Part shown: in pieces, positions 54,101 through 62,344 of the stretch
Numbering within the stretch: position 1 is the stretch's first letter
Layout of the letters: each line of letters begins with the position of its first letter
Source: an uncultured Clostridia bacterium
Lineage (GTDB): Bacteria > Bacillota > Clostridia > Christensenellales > Borkfalkiaceae
Assembly: GCA_944368795.1 (NCBI GenBank)
Contig: CALVXE010000001.1
Coordinates: 2,465-66,464, forward strand
Length of the DNA: 64,000 nt
Direction of reading: 5' to 3'
Position numbers and translations under genes: made by a program
Notes under the pieces: model-generated
Told to the model about the DNA's origin: nothing
Seen by the model: only the letters and a program-made list of their open reading frames with translations
The model's database searches: none

Positions 54101-57086
54101 CCGCGATCACCTCGTTTGCCCAATCCGCAACCGCAGGGCGCACCGCCACTTCCAGCCCCATGAACAGGAATTTCTGTCCGTTGATCTCCATGCGGTAATA
54201 GTAGTTTTCCATACTTCCCTCGCGGAACGCGCCGCCCCAACAATCCTGCGCCGAATATTTTTCGTAAGGGAAATATTCATCAAACATGACGTCGCGCCCA
54301 TAGCTGGGGTATTCATGATTCCCCGGTACAGGCATGAACGGCACGGTACCGTCTAAAATGGAAGCGGCCTCAGAAATGGCGGCATACTGTTCGGGCGTAC
54401 AGGTATTGACCATATCGCCCACCGAAACGACAAGGCGTATATTCAGCCGTTCGGCATTGTCGCGAATCCAAGTAAAATATTCGCGCAAACGGATCTCAAA
54501 GCCTTCGTTGATATACTGCACATCCGGAAGCACCGCGATGCGGAAATCCGCTTCCTGCAACACGTAATCCTGCATCCAGACTTCATACGTATCGACAGCG
54601 ACAGGTGCGTTTGCCTTATCGGTAAATTGATTGTCCGCGCCGGGAACAAAGTCATGCAATAATCCCGCTTCTTGCCCCGTCAACTCATAGCGCGCCTGTG
54701 CCGCTTCCGCATCCGTAAGTGTATGATCCCACATGCGGATCTCGGCGATCTCTCCGTAAAAAAGGTATCTCGTCTGGCGGAACGAACCGATCTGCAAATA
54801 AGTTTCCGAAATAAATTTATCTCCGTTCGATTCATACAGCGACAGTTTCTTTTCCGCAATCTGACGGGAAGTGCCCATTTCTTCCATTAAGGTTTCGCCC
54901 GAATAGACGGACAGCCGCACGCCGACAAGCCCTGCCCCTTCATCATATTGACGGCGTATCACCGCTTTATACCATTGCCCGTCGGCGTATGTGCCCGACG
55001 TCGTAAGCCGCAAATTGGAAGCTTCATTCTCTGCGCTCACCCCGTTTGCTTCAAAATAAAACAACTGACCGCCTGCAAGCACATCGAGATAAAATCCGTT
55101 CAGCGTCGTATCTACGCTCTTGAAATCGCTGATAATCGTTTGCCGTCTTTCGGAGGACGTCTTGAACCAAACTTCTGTCGTGTCGGGCGTCTGCGACAAA
55201 ATTGTCCCGCTTTCGGCTGCGGTATTCCCGTCAAAGACGACGCTTTCCGTAATCGCCTGTTCCTCCTTTTCAAACAGATCATATGTGCGCCCCGTCATGG
55301 AGTCTGTCGTCCGAAATTCAAATACCGTCAAAGTTGCATCCGCAGAAACATACAGCCCTACTTCGCCGTTATCCCCCAAAACACCTTCGCCCGGCAAAGA
55401 AAGATCGATATCGACAAAGTCTTTTCTGTATTCCGTTTCCTTGCCGATGATCATCGATTCTACGGAAAGTTTGTTGTCTTGCACCCGCAAACGCAGACGG
55501 ATCCGATCACCGTACGCATACGGCGTATATCCCGCTTCCGCTTCCAATGTGTCCGCACCCCATGCGCTCTCCGTCGAAGAATATGTTCTTATCACGCGCT
55601 TATTGTCGCTTGTCAGCATATAAATGCCCTTGCTGCCGTCGTATCCTCGAAATACAACCCCCGCCGAACCTGTATTCAGCGAAATTTCCGTTTCTATCGC
55701 CGTATCGTTGAAATTGACGCCCGTAAGCATATATGCCGATACATCGGCCGTCGAAGATATCGTTCGGATTTCTTCGCCCTCTGCGCCGGCATTCGACACT
55801 GTTGCCTCTCCGTCGGTTACTTCCCAAACGCCGTCCCCCATTGACGGAAGGTAGTATGTATTGCCCGTAACGCTGTCTGTTACTTTAAAGCTGTATACAG
55901 TCATCGTGATCGGATTTTTACAAACCAATCCGACCCCGCCTTTGGTCCCCAGTCTGCCGTTGTCCAGCGTTGCGATATCATATTCTTCCACATCCGTGTA
56001 GTATTCCGTATCTTTCCCGACCAGCATCGACTGCACGGTGATCTTATTGTCTTTGACGATCGCTTTGAGGCGCACGCGGCTGCCGTATGTATATGGCGTA
56101 TAACCGCTGTTGGGAGCATCGACTGTGTCGCCCCAGCCGTTCCCCGAATTGGTCTCATGCATGGAAAAACTATGTGCCGCAGATTTTACAACATAAAATC
56201 CCTTATACGCGCCGTTGATGCGGAAAGCGATCCCGCCCCATTGCGAATCAATAGAAAATTCCGTTTCCAAAACGTAATCGGTAAAATCGACATTCGTGAT
56301 CCCGTACACAGTAGGATTCTGCGCAAATTTGAAAATGGTTTTCCCGTCGCTTTGCTCCATGTCGCCCGAACCGCGAACGATCTCCCATTCGGGATGAACT
56401 TCGCTTTTTGACGCAAAGTCAGAAACGTACGAATAATCTGAATTCAAATCACGGATCGTTACACTGTAAATTTTAGCGGAAACATGCTGAAAACAAAATC
56501 CGATATACCCCGCCTCACCCAGCGCAGCGGTATCGATGAGTTGATTTTCAAATTCAGTGTAAAATTCGCTGTCTCCCTCCACTTTTGTCTGCAAAGTGAT
56601 ATGATCATCTTGTACCGTTACTTTGATTTGTACTTTTACTCCCAAAGCATACGGAGTATAACCCTCTTGTGCCTGTACAATACTTTCTTCATCCCATCCG
56701 TTCCCGGAAGACTTCGTTTGATGATTCTTCAGCTGGCGATAGGTTGTACCGATCTGATAGAAGCCTTTCCAATCGCCGTTTGCCCGATACATGACGCCAA
56801 ACCACGGACCGTCCAAAAGCTCCATTTCCGCTTCCATCTCGTAATCGGAAAACTGCCCGCCCGTAAATACAATACTGCCGGGATTGCTATAGGAATGTAC
56901 CTGCAGTGCCCCATCCGTATATTCCAGATCGGTCGAGCCGTGAAAGCTCATCCATTCCTGCGTTTGTGCCTCACTTTCCCCGAAGCCTTTGAGCCCCATC
57001 CCCAATGCAAAGCAAATGACAGCGATCGCAAGAAGTAAAACGACCACATAAATGCGCCTTTTTTCGAGCATTGATTTCCTTTCCAT
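51171..57086 (-). CDS. Giant (~1970 aa) surface protein: 3 ConA/DUF1080-like modules, LamG, metallophosphoesterase, 2 CBM9-like modules, Cys/His repeats, C-terminal TM anchor
   Basis: The likely start is ATG 57086 (AAGGAG RBS, N-terminal hydrophobic segment). PDVQ, GDM, PGNHE, NH and CGH motifs, IDGDLGDW and LDGDFSDF modules, TC...G....C..C repeats. Confidence 0.85.
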   Translation of the reverse strand: MERKSMLEKRRIYVVVLLLAIAVICFALGMGLKGFGESEAQTQEWMSFHGSTDLEYTDGALQVHSYSNPGSIVFTGGQFSDYEMEAEMELLDGPWFGVMYRANGDWKGFYQIGTTYRQLKNHQTKSSGNGWDEESIVQAQEGYTPYALGVKVQIKVTVQDDHITLQTKVEGDSEFYTEFENQLIDTAALGEAGYIGFCFQHVSAKIYSVTIRDLNSDYSYVSDFASKSEVHPEWEIVRGSGDMEQSDGKTIFKFAQNPTVYGITNVDFTDYVLETEFSIDSQWGGIAFRINGAYKGFYVVKSAAHSFSMHETNSGNGWGDTVDAPNSGYTPYTYGSRVRLKAIVKDNKITVQSMLVGKDTEYYTDVEEYDIATLDNGRLGTKGGVGLVCKNPITMTVYSFKVTDSVTGNTYYLPSMGDGVWEVTDGEATVSNAGAEGEEIRTISSTADVSAYMLTGVNFNDTAIETEISLNTGSAGVVFRGYDGSKGIYMLTSDNKRVIRTYSSTESAWGADTLEAEAGYTPYAYGDRIRLRLRVQDNKLSVESMIIGKETEYRKDFVDIDLSLPGEGVLGDNGEVGLYVSADATLTVFEFRTTDSMTGRTYDLFEKEEQAITESVVFDGNTAAESGTILSQTPDTTEVWFKTSSERRQTIISDFKSVDTTLNGFYLDVLAGGQLFYFEANGVSAENEASNLRLTTSGTYADGQWYKAVIRRQYDEGAGLVGVRLSVYSGETLMEEMGTSRQIAEKKLSLYESNGDKFISETYLQIGSFRQTRYLFYGEIAEIRMWDHTLTDAEAAQARYELTGQEAGLLHDFVPGADNQFTDKANAPVAVDTYEVWMQDYVLQEADFRIAVLPDVQYINEGFEIRLREYFTWIRDNAERLNIRLVVSVGDMVNTCTPEQYAAISEAASILDGTVPFMPVPGNHEYPSYGRDVMFDEYFPYEKYSAQDCWGGAFREGSMENYYYRMEINGQKFLFMGLEVAVRPAVADWANEVIAAHSDYKVIIVNHAYLDPKDDTILEAGEPGAPESFKTDGGMSAIQLWEKVISKHQNIVMVLCGHMDTHRVAHASFEGENGNAVETLLFDGSMVERANGCASLVGLLGFHDGSNQVDVNFYSIVKDAYFCGINQYGIELDWQEEYRITFENGRGGVVYDESVKAGSEIVAPESPENYSDGTYDYVFQGWEGYEEGMTATQNYLFKAVYGRSDTAGIAAKSPAEIEAGISKAKEKLFAGGSNAYVALASNVQKVDSVRTNTTYVNGDTIEVFGRSEPVYTVSGGTLAVHVLALYSSPQITIYTENAATIISLPEVSDVTQAEITLPSDLSHSRYDYLSNKWNVSVRGDDRIALTVSDAVGENVVVAEEGRFTIIEVTRALGRNVALYPVSGENYETELTLIQPNGTSAARIQVVLLQDTEIDGDLGDWNAAVLATGRTMTGLDDTSHKNVTFYAQLTENGLYVAARAEHDLYVNDASDWFNNTNLEFYVNNESLRFWITANPVLAHEDVEGVIVTRENTEGKSNYVSVAEGFIPIEKLPSNALSGELNIGFAWKTPGDNIKYHNMTGGYDWWYPTRRHPAMIAEQYFVNSFGICDYSSVRTVNNILLDGDFSDFDEAAQQYDLRVYGTGESESIGYTVCAQYIRGNGVYVGLVATHATNPWPNDNLTWSNNTNFEFYIGENRYYITCAGAAAGNGLYAKNTYLSQTYDAESSLWTTTIELFIPVSAFGTVSDEEFVRMGFAFKPTGESVAVGGREADDWWYLNGHLPSDVQTQFFVYDCGISSTKASAVNTPETCLDLQIYQLTSPNTGEVFTIAKSPDLTEDLHAFGELTIVTEATCRQDGVGYFECELCHERVMQTIPATGEHIFGEWEQVKAPTCTESGEERRYCQQCGEYESRIVEATGHGSGEWVVVAEPEGGADGREELVCEHCGAVLNSRTIPAEQEPASGGCNSAVGAGCCGAAVVLIGAAAFGLRRRKTR

Positions 57087-57131
57087 GCTATTTCTCCTTT
57101 CTCTCAAAATACTGCCTTTTTCAAACAGAAC

Positions 57132-57187
57132 TTGACAGTTTTTTATTTTGATGATATAATCATAACATACAAAATATTTACAATCAA
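57132..57187. promoter_or_regulatory. Overlapping divergent SigA promoters
   Basis: Plus strand: TTGACA 57132-57137 and TATAAT 57155-57160. Minus strand: TTGATT 57187-57182 and TATGAT 57164-57159. Both have 17-bp spacers and an extended TG. Confidence 0.65.
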
Positions 57188-57224
57188 TACGCAAAATAGA
57201 CGAAAACATACAAATTATTGCATT

Positions 57225-58115
57225 ATGGAGAAATATAAGAGTTTCAGCAGTATACGAAAAATCGATATCGAGAAGTTTGCGGGGCTCGCAAACGAGCTGA
57301 TCACGCGTATGGAGAATCCAAACGCGACCCCTGTTTTTATTTCCTGTTACGGGATCACATTTCCCTCTCCCGATTATTACATCAAACGGTTCCCTACACG
57401 CGGTTATATTCTGGAGCATATTCTTTCGGGGAAAGGCTATGTCATCGTCAACGATAAAAAATATACCGTGCGCACGGGCGACACGTACCTCCTCAAACCG
57501 GGGCAAAACTGCGAATATTTTTCGGATAAAGACGACCCGTATAAAAAACTTTGGGTCAATTTTTCGGGCACGATTTTATATGATGTAATAAACTCCTATA
57601 AATTGCAAAGCACTGTGTACAGCGGGGCAGATCTGACGGACTTATTTACGCGCCTTTACGATACGGAAAAAATTTCTATCGACAATTATGAAATTTATCC
57701 TGAAATCAGCGAAATCTTGTTTGCCATGCTCATGCGGCTCGCTAAAATCGTAAAAGGAGAAAAGCGAGTTTCTCAAACAGCGCGCCTGATATATAACGAA
57801 CTTTTTTATTCGATTGATCGCCCTTTTTCGCTCGATTCGCTCTGTGAAAAACTCTTTTTATCCAAAGCGGAAATCATCCGCGAATTCAAAAAGAACTATG
57901 ACGTAACGCCTTACCGGTTTTTACTTGCCCAAAAACTGCGTTTTGCAAAGAGCATGTTGGAAAACGACAATGCTTCCGTTAAGGAAATTTCCGAATTTCT
58001 TGCCTTTTCCAGTCCCTATCATTTTTCGAACTGTTTCAAACAGCATTTCGGCTATTCGCCCCTGCGCTATCGCAAAAGTATTCTGACAAACGTAAACAAA
58101 GATGCCGACGAATAA
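57225..58115 (+). CDS. AraC family transcriptional regulator
   Basis: Cupin domain (LEHILSGKGY...GDTYLL.PG) plus HTH (LAFSSPYHFSNCFK..FG.SP..YR). The ORF-track start at 57132 is the -35 box, so ATG 57225 is more likely. Confidence 0.92.
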   Translation: MEKYKSFSSIRKIDIEKFAGLANELITRMENPNATPVFISCYGITFPSPDYYIKRFPTRGYILEHILSGKGYVIVNDKKYTVRTGDTYLLKPGQNCEYFSDKDDPYKKLWVNFSGTILYDVINSYKLQSTVYSGADLTDLFTRLYDTEKISIDNYEIYPEISEILFAMLMRLAKIVKGEKRVSQTARLIYNELFYSIDRPFSLDSLCEKLFLSKAEIIREFKKNYDVTPYRFLLAQKLRFAKSMLENDNASVKEISEFLAFSSPYHFSNCFKQHFGYSPLRYRKSILTNVNKDADE

Positions 58116-58247
58116 ATAACAGAACGCGCTTTATTTAAAATCCGTAAAAATTTTTTGTGCTTTTGCCGATTTCAAGGAATAACCCCTTTGACTTAATTTC
58201 CGATCTCTAAAATATTGTGTTTTTTTACTGAAATACGATAATTTTAA

Positions 58248-58276
58248 TTGACAATTTTCTGAATTCCCGCTATACT
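58248..58276 (+). promoter_or_regulatory. SigA promoter TTGACA-17-TATACT of the polyamine operon
   Basis: Near-consensus boxes about 290 nt upstream of the first gene. Confidence 0.75.
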
Positions 58277-58299
58277 CAAAGAAAAAAGTATGGCACATT

Positions 58300-58476
58300 C
58301 GGAGTCCATGCAAATATTTGGCGGCTATCGCCGCATTATTGATTGAGATAGTGTGCTCGGCACATGAGGCTCAAATTTTATAAGTTGACAGGGTATCCTG
58401 TTTATAATTCAGCCGTAAGGCGTCACTTGTGAAACGGTCAATAAGAGTAATAAAAGTATTTGCTATATAGACTCTG
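58300..58476 (+). ncRNA. Large structured cis-regulatory leader RNA (ldcC-motif-like riboswitch candidate)
   Basis: Enclosing stems CGGAGTC/GACTCTG and GCAAATATTT/AAGTATTTGC, inner stem TTATTGATT/GGTCAATAA and several hairpins, upstream of an Arg/Lys/Orn decarboxylase gene. Confidence 0.7.
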
Positions 58477-58521
58477 ATGAAAGAAAACCGAAATAGGATT
58501 GCGCACCCATGCGCATTTTAA

Positions 58522-58555
58522 AGGGACGTCTGCATACAGACGTCCCTATTTGTTT
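58522..58555 (+). terminator. Leader (attenuator) terminator
   Basis: AGGGACGTCTG-CATA-CAGACGTCCCT-ATTTGTTT immediately before the RBS. Confidence 0.75.
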
Positions 58556-58566
58556 GAGGAAGAGAC

Positions 58567-60015
58567 ATGAGCGAAATGAACCAAAGAAAAGCCCCCCTGT
58601 ATGAGGCGCTCGAAAAATTCCGAAAAAAGCGTATCGTCCCTTTTGATGTGCCGGGGCACAAGCGCGGGCGCGGCAACCCTGAACTTGTCGACCTGCTCGG
58701 CGAAAAATGCGTGGGCTTGGACGTAAATTCCATGAAGCCTTTGGACGACCTCTGCCACCCCTCCTCCGTAATACACGATGCGGAGGCGCTCGCAGCGGAA
58801 GCTTTCGGCGCGGCAAACGCTTTTTTTATGGTTGGCGGAACGACCTCTGCAGTGCAAAGCATGATCCTCTCCGTATGCAAAGAGGGCGAGAAGATAATCA
58901 TGCCGAGGAATGTGCACAAATCGGCCATCAACGCCCTTATATTAAACGGCGCCATTCCCGTGTACGTCAATCCCGAAGTGGACAAAAATCTCGGAATATC
59001 CCTCGGAATGGAACCGAAAAAGCTTTTGCAGATCGTGGAAGAAAATCCGGACGCAAAAGCTGTATTGGTCAACAACCCCACCTACTACGGAATCTGTTCG
59101 GATATGCGTTCCATCGTAGAGATCGCGCATTCGCACGGCATGAAAGTGCTTGCCGACGAAGCGCACGGCACGCATTTTTCCTTTAATGAAAATCTTCCGA
59201 TCTCGGCCATGGCCGCAGGGGCTGATATGTCGGCGGTTTCCATGCATAAGTCGGGAGGAAGCCTCACGCAAAGTTCTCTTCTGCTGCTGAATAAGGGGAT
59301 CAACGCAGATCACGTCCGCCAAATCATCAACCTCACCCAGACGACGAGCGCCTCCTATCTCCTCATGTCAAGTTTAGATATCTCCCGCCGCAACCTCGCT
59401 TTGAACGGAGAAAAATCCTTTGAAAAGGTGATGAATATGGCTTCCTATGCGAGGGAAGAAATCAACGGGATCGGCGACTATTACGCTTACGGCAAAGAAC
59501 TGATAAACGGAACCTCTGTTTATGATTTTGACGTAACCAAATTGGCGGTCTATACGCGCGACCTGGGTCTGGCCGGCATTGAAGTATACGATATCCTGCG
59601 CGACGAATATGATATTCAAATCGAATTCGGCGATATATCCAACATCCTCGCCTATATTTCCATCGGCGACAGATTGCAGGACATCGAAAGGCTTGTCGGA
59701 GCCCTATACGATTTGAAGAGATTGTATAAGCGAGACAAAGCGGGAATGCTCTGCGCCGAATACGTAGCGCCAAAGGTCGCGGTTCCGCCGAGAAAGGCCT
59801 TTTATTCGGACAAGACCTCTCTTCCGCTCCGGGAAGCTGTCGGCAAAATTTGTACGGAATTCGTTATGTGTTATCCTCCCGGAATACCGATTTTGGCGCC
59901 CGGAGAACTGATCACGAACGACATTATAGAATATATCGAATATGCAAAGGCAAAAGGATGCTCCATGCAGGGTACGGAAGATTTTGAAGTAACCAGACTC
60001 AATGTTTTGAAATGA
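58567..60015 (+). CDS. speA: Arginine decarboxylase (Orn/Lys/Arg decarboxylase, fold type I)
   Basis: FDVPGHK, PRNVHKS, DEAHG, SMHKS (PLP lysine) and YPPGIP. Arginine specificity is inferred from the downstream aguA. Confidence 0.88.
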   Translation: MSEMNQRKAPLYEALEKFRKKRIVPFDVPGHKRGRGNPELVDLLGEKCVGLDVNSMKPLDDLCHPSSVIHDAEALAAEAFGAANAFFMVGGTTSAVQSMILSVCKEGEKIIMPRNVHKSAINALILNGAIPVYVNPEVDKNLGISLGMEPKKLLQIVEENPDAKAVLVNNPTYYGICSDMRSIVEIAHSHGMKVLADEAHGTHFSFNENLPISAMAAGADMSAVSMHKSGGSLTQSSLLLLNKGINADHVRQIINLTQTTSASYLLMSSLDISRRNLALNGEKSFEKVMNMASYAREEINGIGDYYAYGKELINGTSVYDFDVTKLAVYTRDLGLAGIEVYDILRDEYDIQIEFGDISNILAYISIGDRLQDIERLVGALYDLKRLYKRDKAGMLCAEYVAPKVAVPPRKAFYSDKTSLPLREAVGKICTEFVMCYPPGIPILAPGELITNDIIEYIEYAKAKGCSMQGTEDFEVTRLNVLK

Positions 60016-60141
60016 TGCGGGACAGTTTAATAAGCCCGCGCAAAGCCGAATGTACCCATAAAAAAGGACTTCGTTCGATCTGTAATCTGCTTTTACAGCA
60101 AAGTTTTTGTTAAATGGCAAAGCCGAAGGGAGATTTGTACT

Positions 60142-61002
60142 ATGGAAATGTGGTTTTCGGATATCCATACCCCGAATATCAAGCTGAGTATAAGGGTCAA
60201 AAAGCAGCTTTTTTCTGAAAAAAGCGACATACAGCAAGTAGACGTATTCGATTCGGAAGATTTGGGCCGCTTTATCAGCCTTGACGGCGAAATCGTTTTT
60301 TCCGAAAAAGACGAATTTATCTACGATGAAATGGTAACGCATGTTCCCATGGCGGTACACCCGCATGTAAAAAACGTGCTCGTGATCGGCGGCGGAGACG
60401 GCGGCGTCGCCAAAGAGCTGTGCCGCTACCCGGAAATCAGACAGATCGACGTCGTTGAAGAAGACGAAATGTTCGTCTACGTCTCCAAAAAATTTTTCCC
60501 GGAAACGGCCGCAGGGCTAGAAGACAAGCGCGTGAACCTCTATCTGCAGGACGGACTGAAATTCATCCGGGGAAAAGAGGGGGAATACGACCTCATCATC
60601 AACGATTCTACCGATCCTTTCGGCCCTACGGAAGGCCTTTTTACCAAAGAATTCTACGGCAGCTGCTATAAGGCGCTCAAAGATACGGGGATCATGGTCT
60701 ATCAGCACGGAAGCCCTTTCTATGCCGAGGATGAAGACGAATGCCGCAAAATGCACCAAAAGGTTTATTCCTGTTTCCCCGTTTCAAAAGTCTATCAAGC
60801 GCATATCCCCACCTGTTCGTCCGGTTATTGGCTGTTCGGTTTCGCCAGCAAAAAATATCATCCTCTGCGGGATTTCAATGCTACAAAATGGAAACAGAGG
60901 AACATCCCTACCCGTTACTATACGACGAATCTGCACAAAGGCGCATTCATGCTGCCGAAATATGTGGAGGAAATTTTGCTCGCCGCCGAAAAGGACAAAT
61001 AA
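60142..61002 (+). CDS. speE: Spermidine synthase family aminopropyltransferase
   Basis: VLVIGGGDGG, DG..FI, INDSTDP and LFTKEFY. Confidence 0.9.
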   Translation: MEMWFSDIHTPNIKLSIRVKKQLFSEKSDIQQVDVFDSEDLGRFISLDGEIVFSEKDEFIYDEMVTHVPMAVHPHVKNVLVIGGGDGGVAKELCRYPEIRQIDVVEEDEMFVYVSKKFFPETAAGLEDKRVNLYLQDGLKFIRGKEGEYDLIINDSTDPFGPTEGLFTKEFYGSCYKALKDTGIMVYQHGSPFYAEDEDECRKMHQKVYSCFPVSKVYQAHIPTCSSGYWLFGFASKKYHPLRDFNATKWKQRNIPTRYYTTNLHKGAFMLPKYVEEILLAAEKDK

Positions 61003-61085
61003 AACGATCTTTACGCCGACATCGGCGCGTTCCAAAATACATGTATTGTATAAATCGAAAATTACTCGGAAAGAGGAGGAAAGAA

Positions 61086-62342
61086 ATGAAACTTTTAGTA
61101 ATCGGATGCGGCGGCGTCGCGCAAGTCGCCATCCAAAAATGTGCGCAGGCCGATGATATTTTCACGGATATTCTCATTGCCAGCCGCACGGAAAGCAAAT
61201 GCACGGAGCTGGTCGAAAAAATAAAGAATAAAACAAAGGCAAAGCTCTCTACCGCCAAAATCAATGCCGACAGCGTGGAAGAGCTGGTAGCTTTGATCAA
61301 TCAATTTAAACCCGTCGCCGTACTGAACGTGGCCCTGCCCTATCAGGATCTTGCGATCATGGAAGCCTGTCTGCAAACCAAAGTTCATTATATCGATACG
61401 GCGAATTATGAATGTGAAAACACGGATGATCCCGTATGGCGCGCAAACTACGAAAAGCGCGTAAAGGAGAAGGGATTTACCGCTTACTTCGATTATTCTT
61501 ACCAATGGGACTACTTCAAAAAATATGAAGATGCCGGCATCTGTGCCCTGTTGGGGTCCGGTTTTGACCCGGGCGTAACGCAGGTTTTCTGCGCCTATGC
61601 GCAAAAGCACTATTTTGATACCATTGAAACGATCGACATCCTTGACTGCAACGGCGGGGATCACGGCTATCCCTTCGCCACGAATTTTAACCCCGAAATT
61701 AATCTGCGCGAAGTTTCGGCAAACGGCTCGTATATCGAAAACGGCAAATGGGTGGAAACCAAACCCCTGGAGATTAAGCGCGAATACGACTTTGACCAGG
61801 TGGGCAAAAAAGATATGTACCTTCTGCACCACGAAGAGCTCGAGAGCCTTGCCAAAAACATAAAAGGCGTAAAACGCATCCGCTTTTTTATGACATTCGG
61901 TCAAAGTTATATACAGCATATGAACTGCCTTCGGAACGTAGGCATGCTTTCGACCACGCCCGTAAATTACGAAGGGAAAGAGATCGTGCCCATCCAATTC
62001 CTCAAAGCGCTTTTGCCCGATCCGGCCACGCTGGGCGCAAGGACAAAGGGGAAAACCAACATCGGCTGTATCTTCACCGGCATAAAAGACGGAAAGCGCC
62101 GCACCCTGTATATTTACAATGTTTGCGACCATGAAGAATGCTATAAAGAAGTGGGATCACAGGCCATTTCCTATACGACGGGCGTCCCCGCTATGATCGG
62201 CACCATGCTTGTAGCGACGGGCGTTTGGCGCAAAGCGGGCGTATGGAACTGCGAAGAATTCGACCCCGATCCTTATATGGAGGCACTCAACCGATACGGG
62301 CTTCCCTGGAAGGTCGAAGAAGACCCTGTATTGGTCGATTGA
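61086..62342 (+). CDS. Carboxy(nor)spermidine dehydrogenase (saccharopine dehydrogenase family)
   Basis: ATG 61086 with GAGGAG RBS. IGCGGV, NVALPYQDL, GSGFDPG, FATNFNPEINLRE and HHEELESL. Confidence 0.93.
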   Translation: MKLLVIGCGGVAQVAIQKCAQADDIFTDILIASRTESKCTELVEKIKNKTKAKLSTAKINADSVEELVALINQFKPVAVLNVALPYQDLAIMEACLQTKVHYIDTANYECENTDDPVWRANYEKRVKEKGFTAYFDYSYQWDYFKKYEDAGICALLGSGFDPGVTQVFCAYAQKHYFDTIETIDILDCNGGDHGYPFATNFNPEINLREVSANGSYIENGKWVETKPLEIKREYDFDQVGKKDMYLLHHEELESLAKNIKGVKRIRFFMTFGQSYIQHMNCLRNVGMLSTTPVNYEGKEIVPIQFLKALLPDPATLGARTKGKTNIGCIFTGIKDGKRRTLYIYNVCDHEECYKEVGSQAISYTTGVPAMIGTMLVATGVWRKAGVWNCEEFDPDPYMEALNRYGLPWKVEEDPVLVD

Positions 62343-62344
62343 AA

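Noticed and set aside
400-56000. Many long plus-strand ORFs (e.g. 2853..4406, 18416..20071, 43419..44756) opposite the minus-strand genes
   Set aside because: Antisense shadows of real genes caused by codon bias. They show no RBS or recognisable motifs.
57087-57506. 140-aa N-terminal extension of the giant ORF overlapping AraC
   Set aside because: Artefact of longest-ORF calling. The RBS, promoter and signal segment point to ATG 57086.
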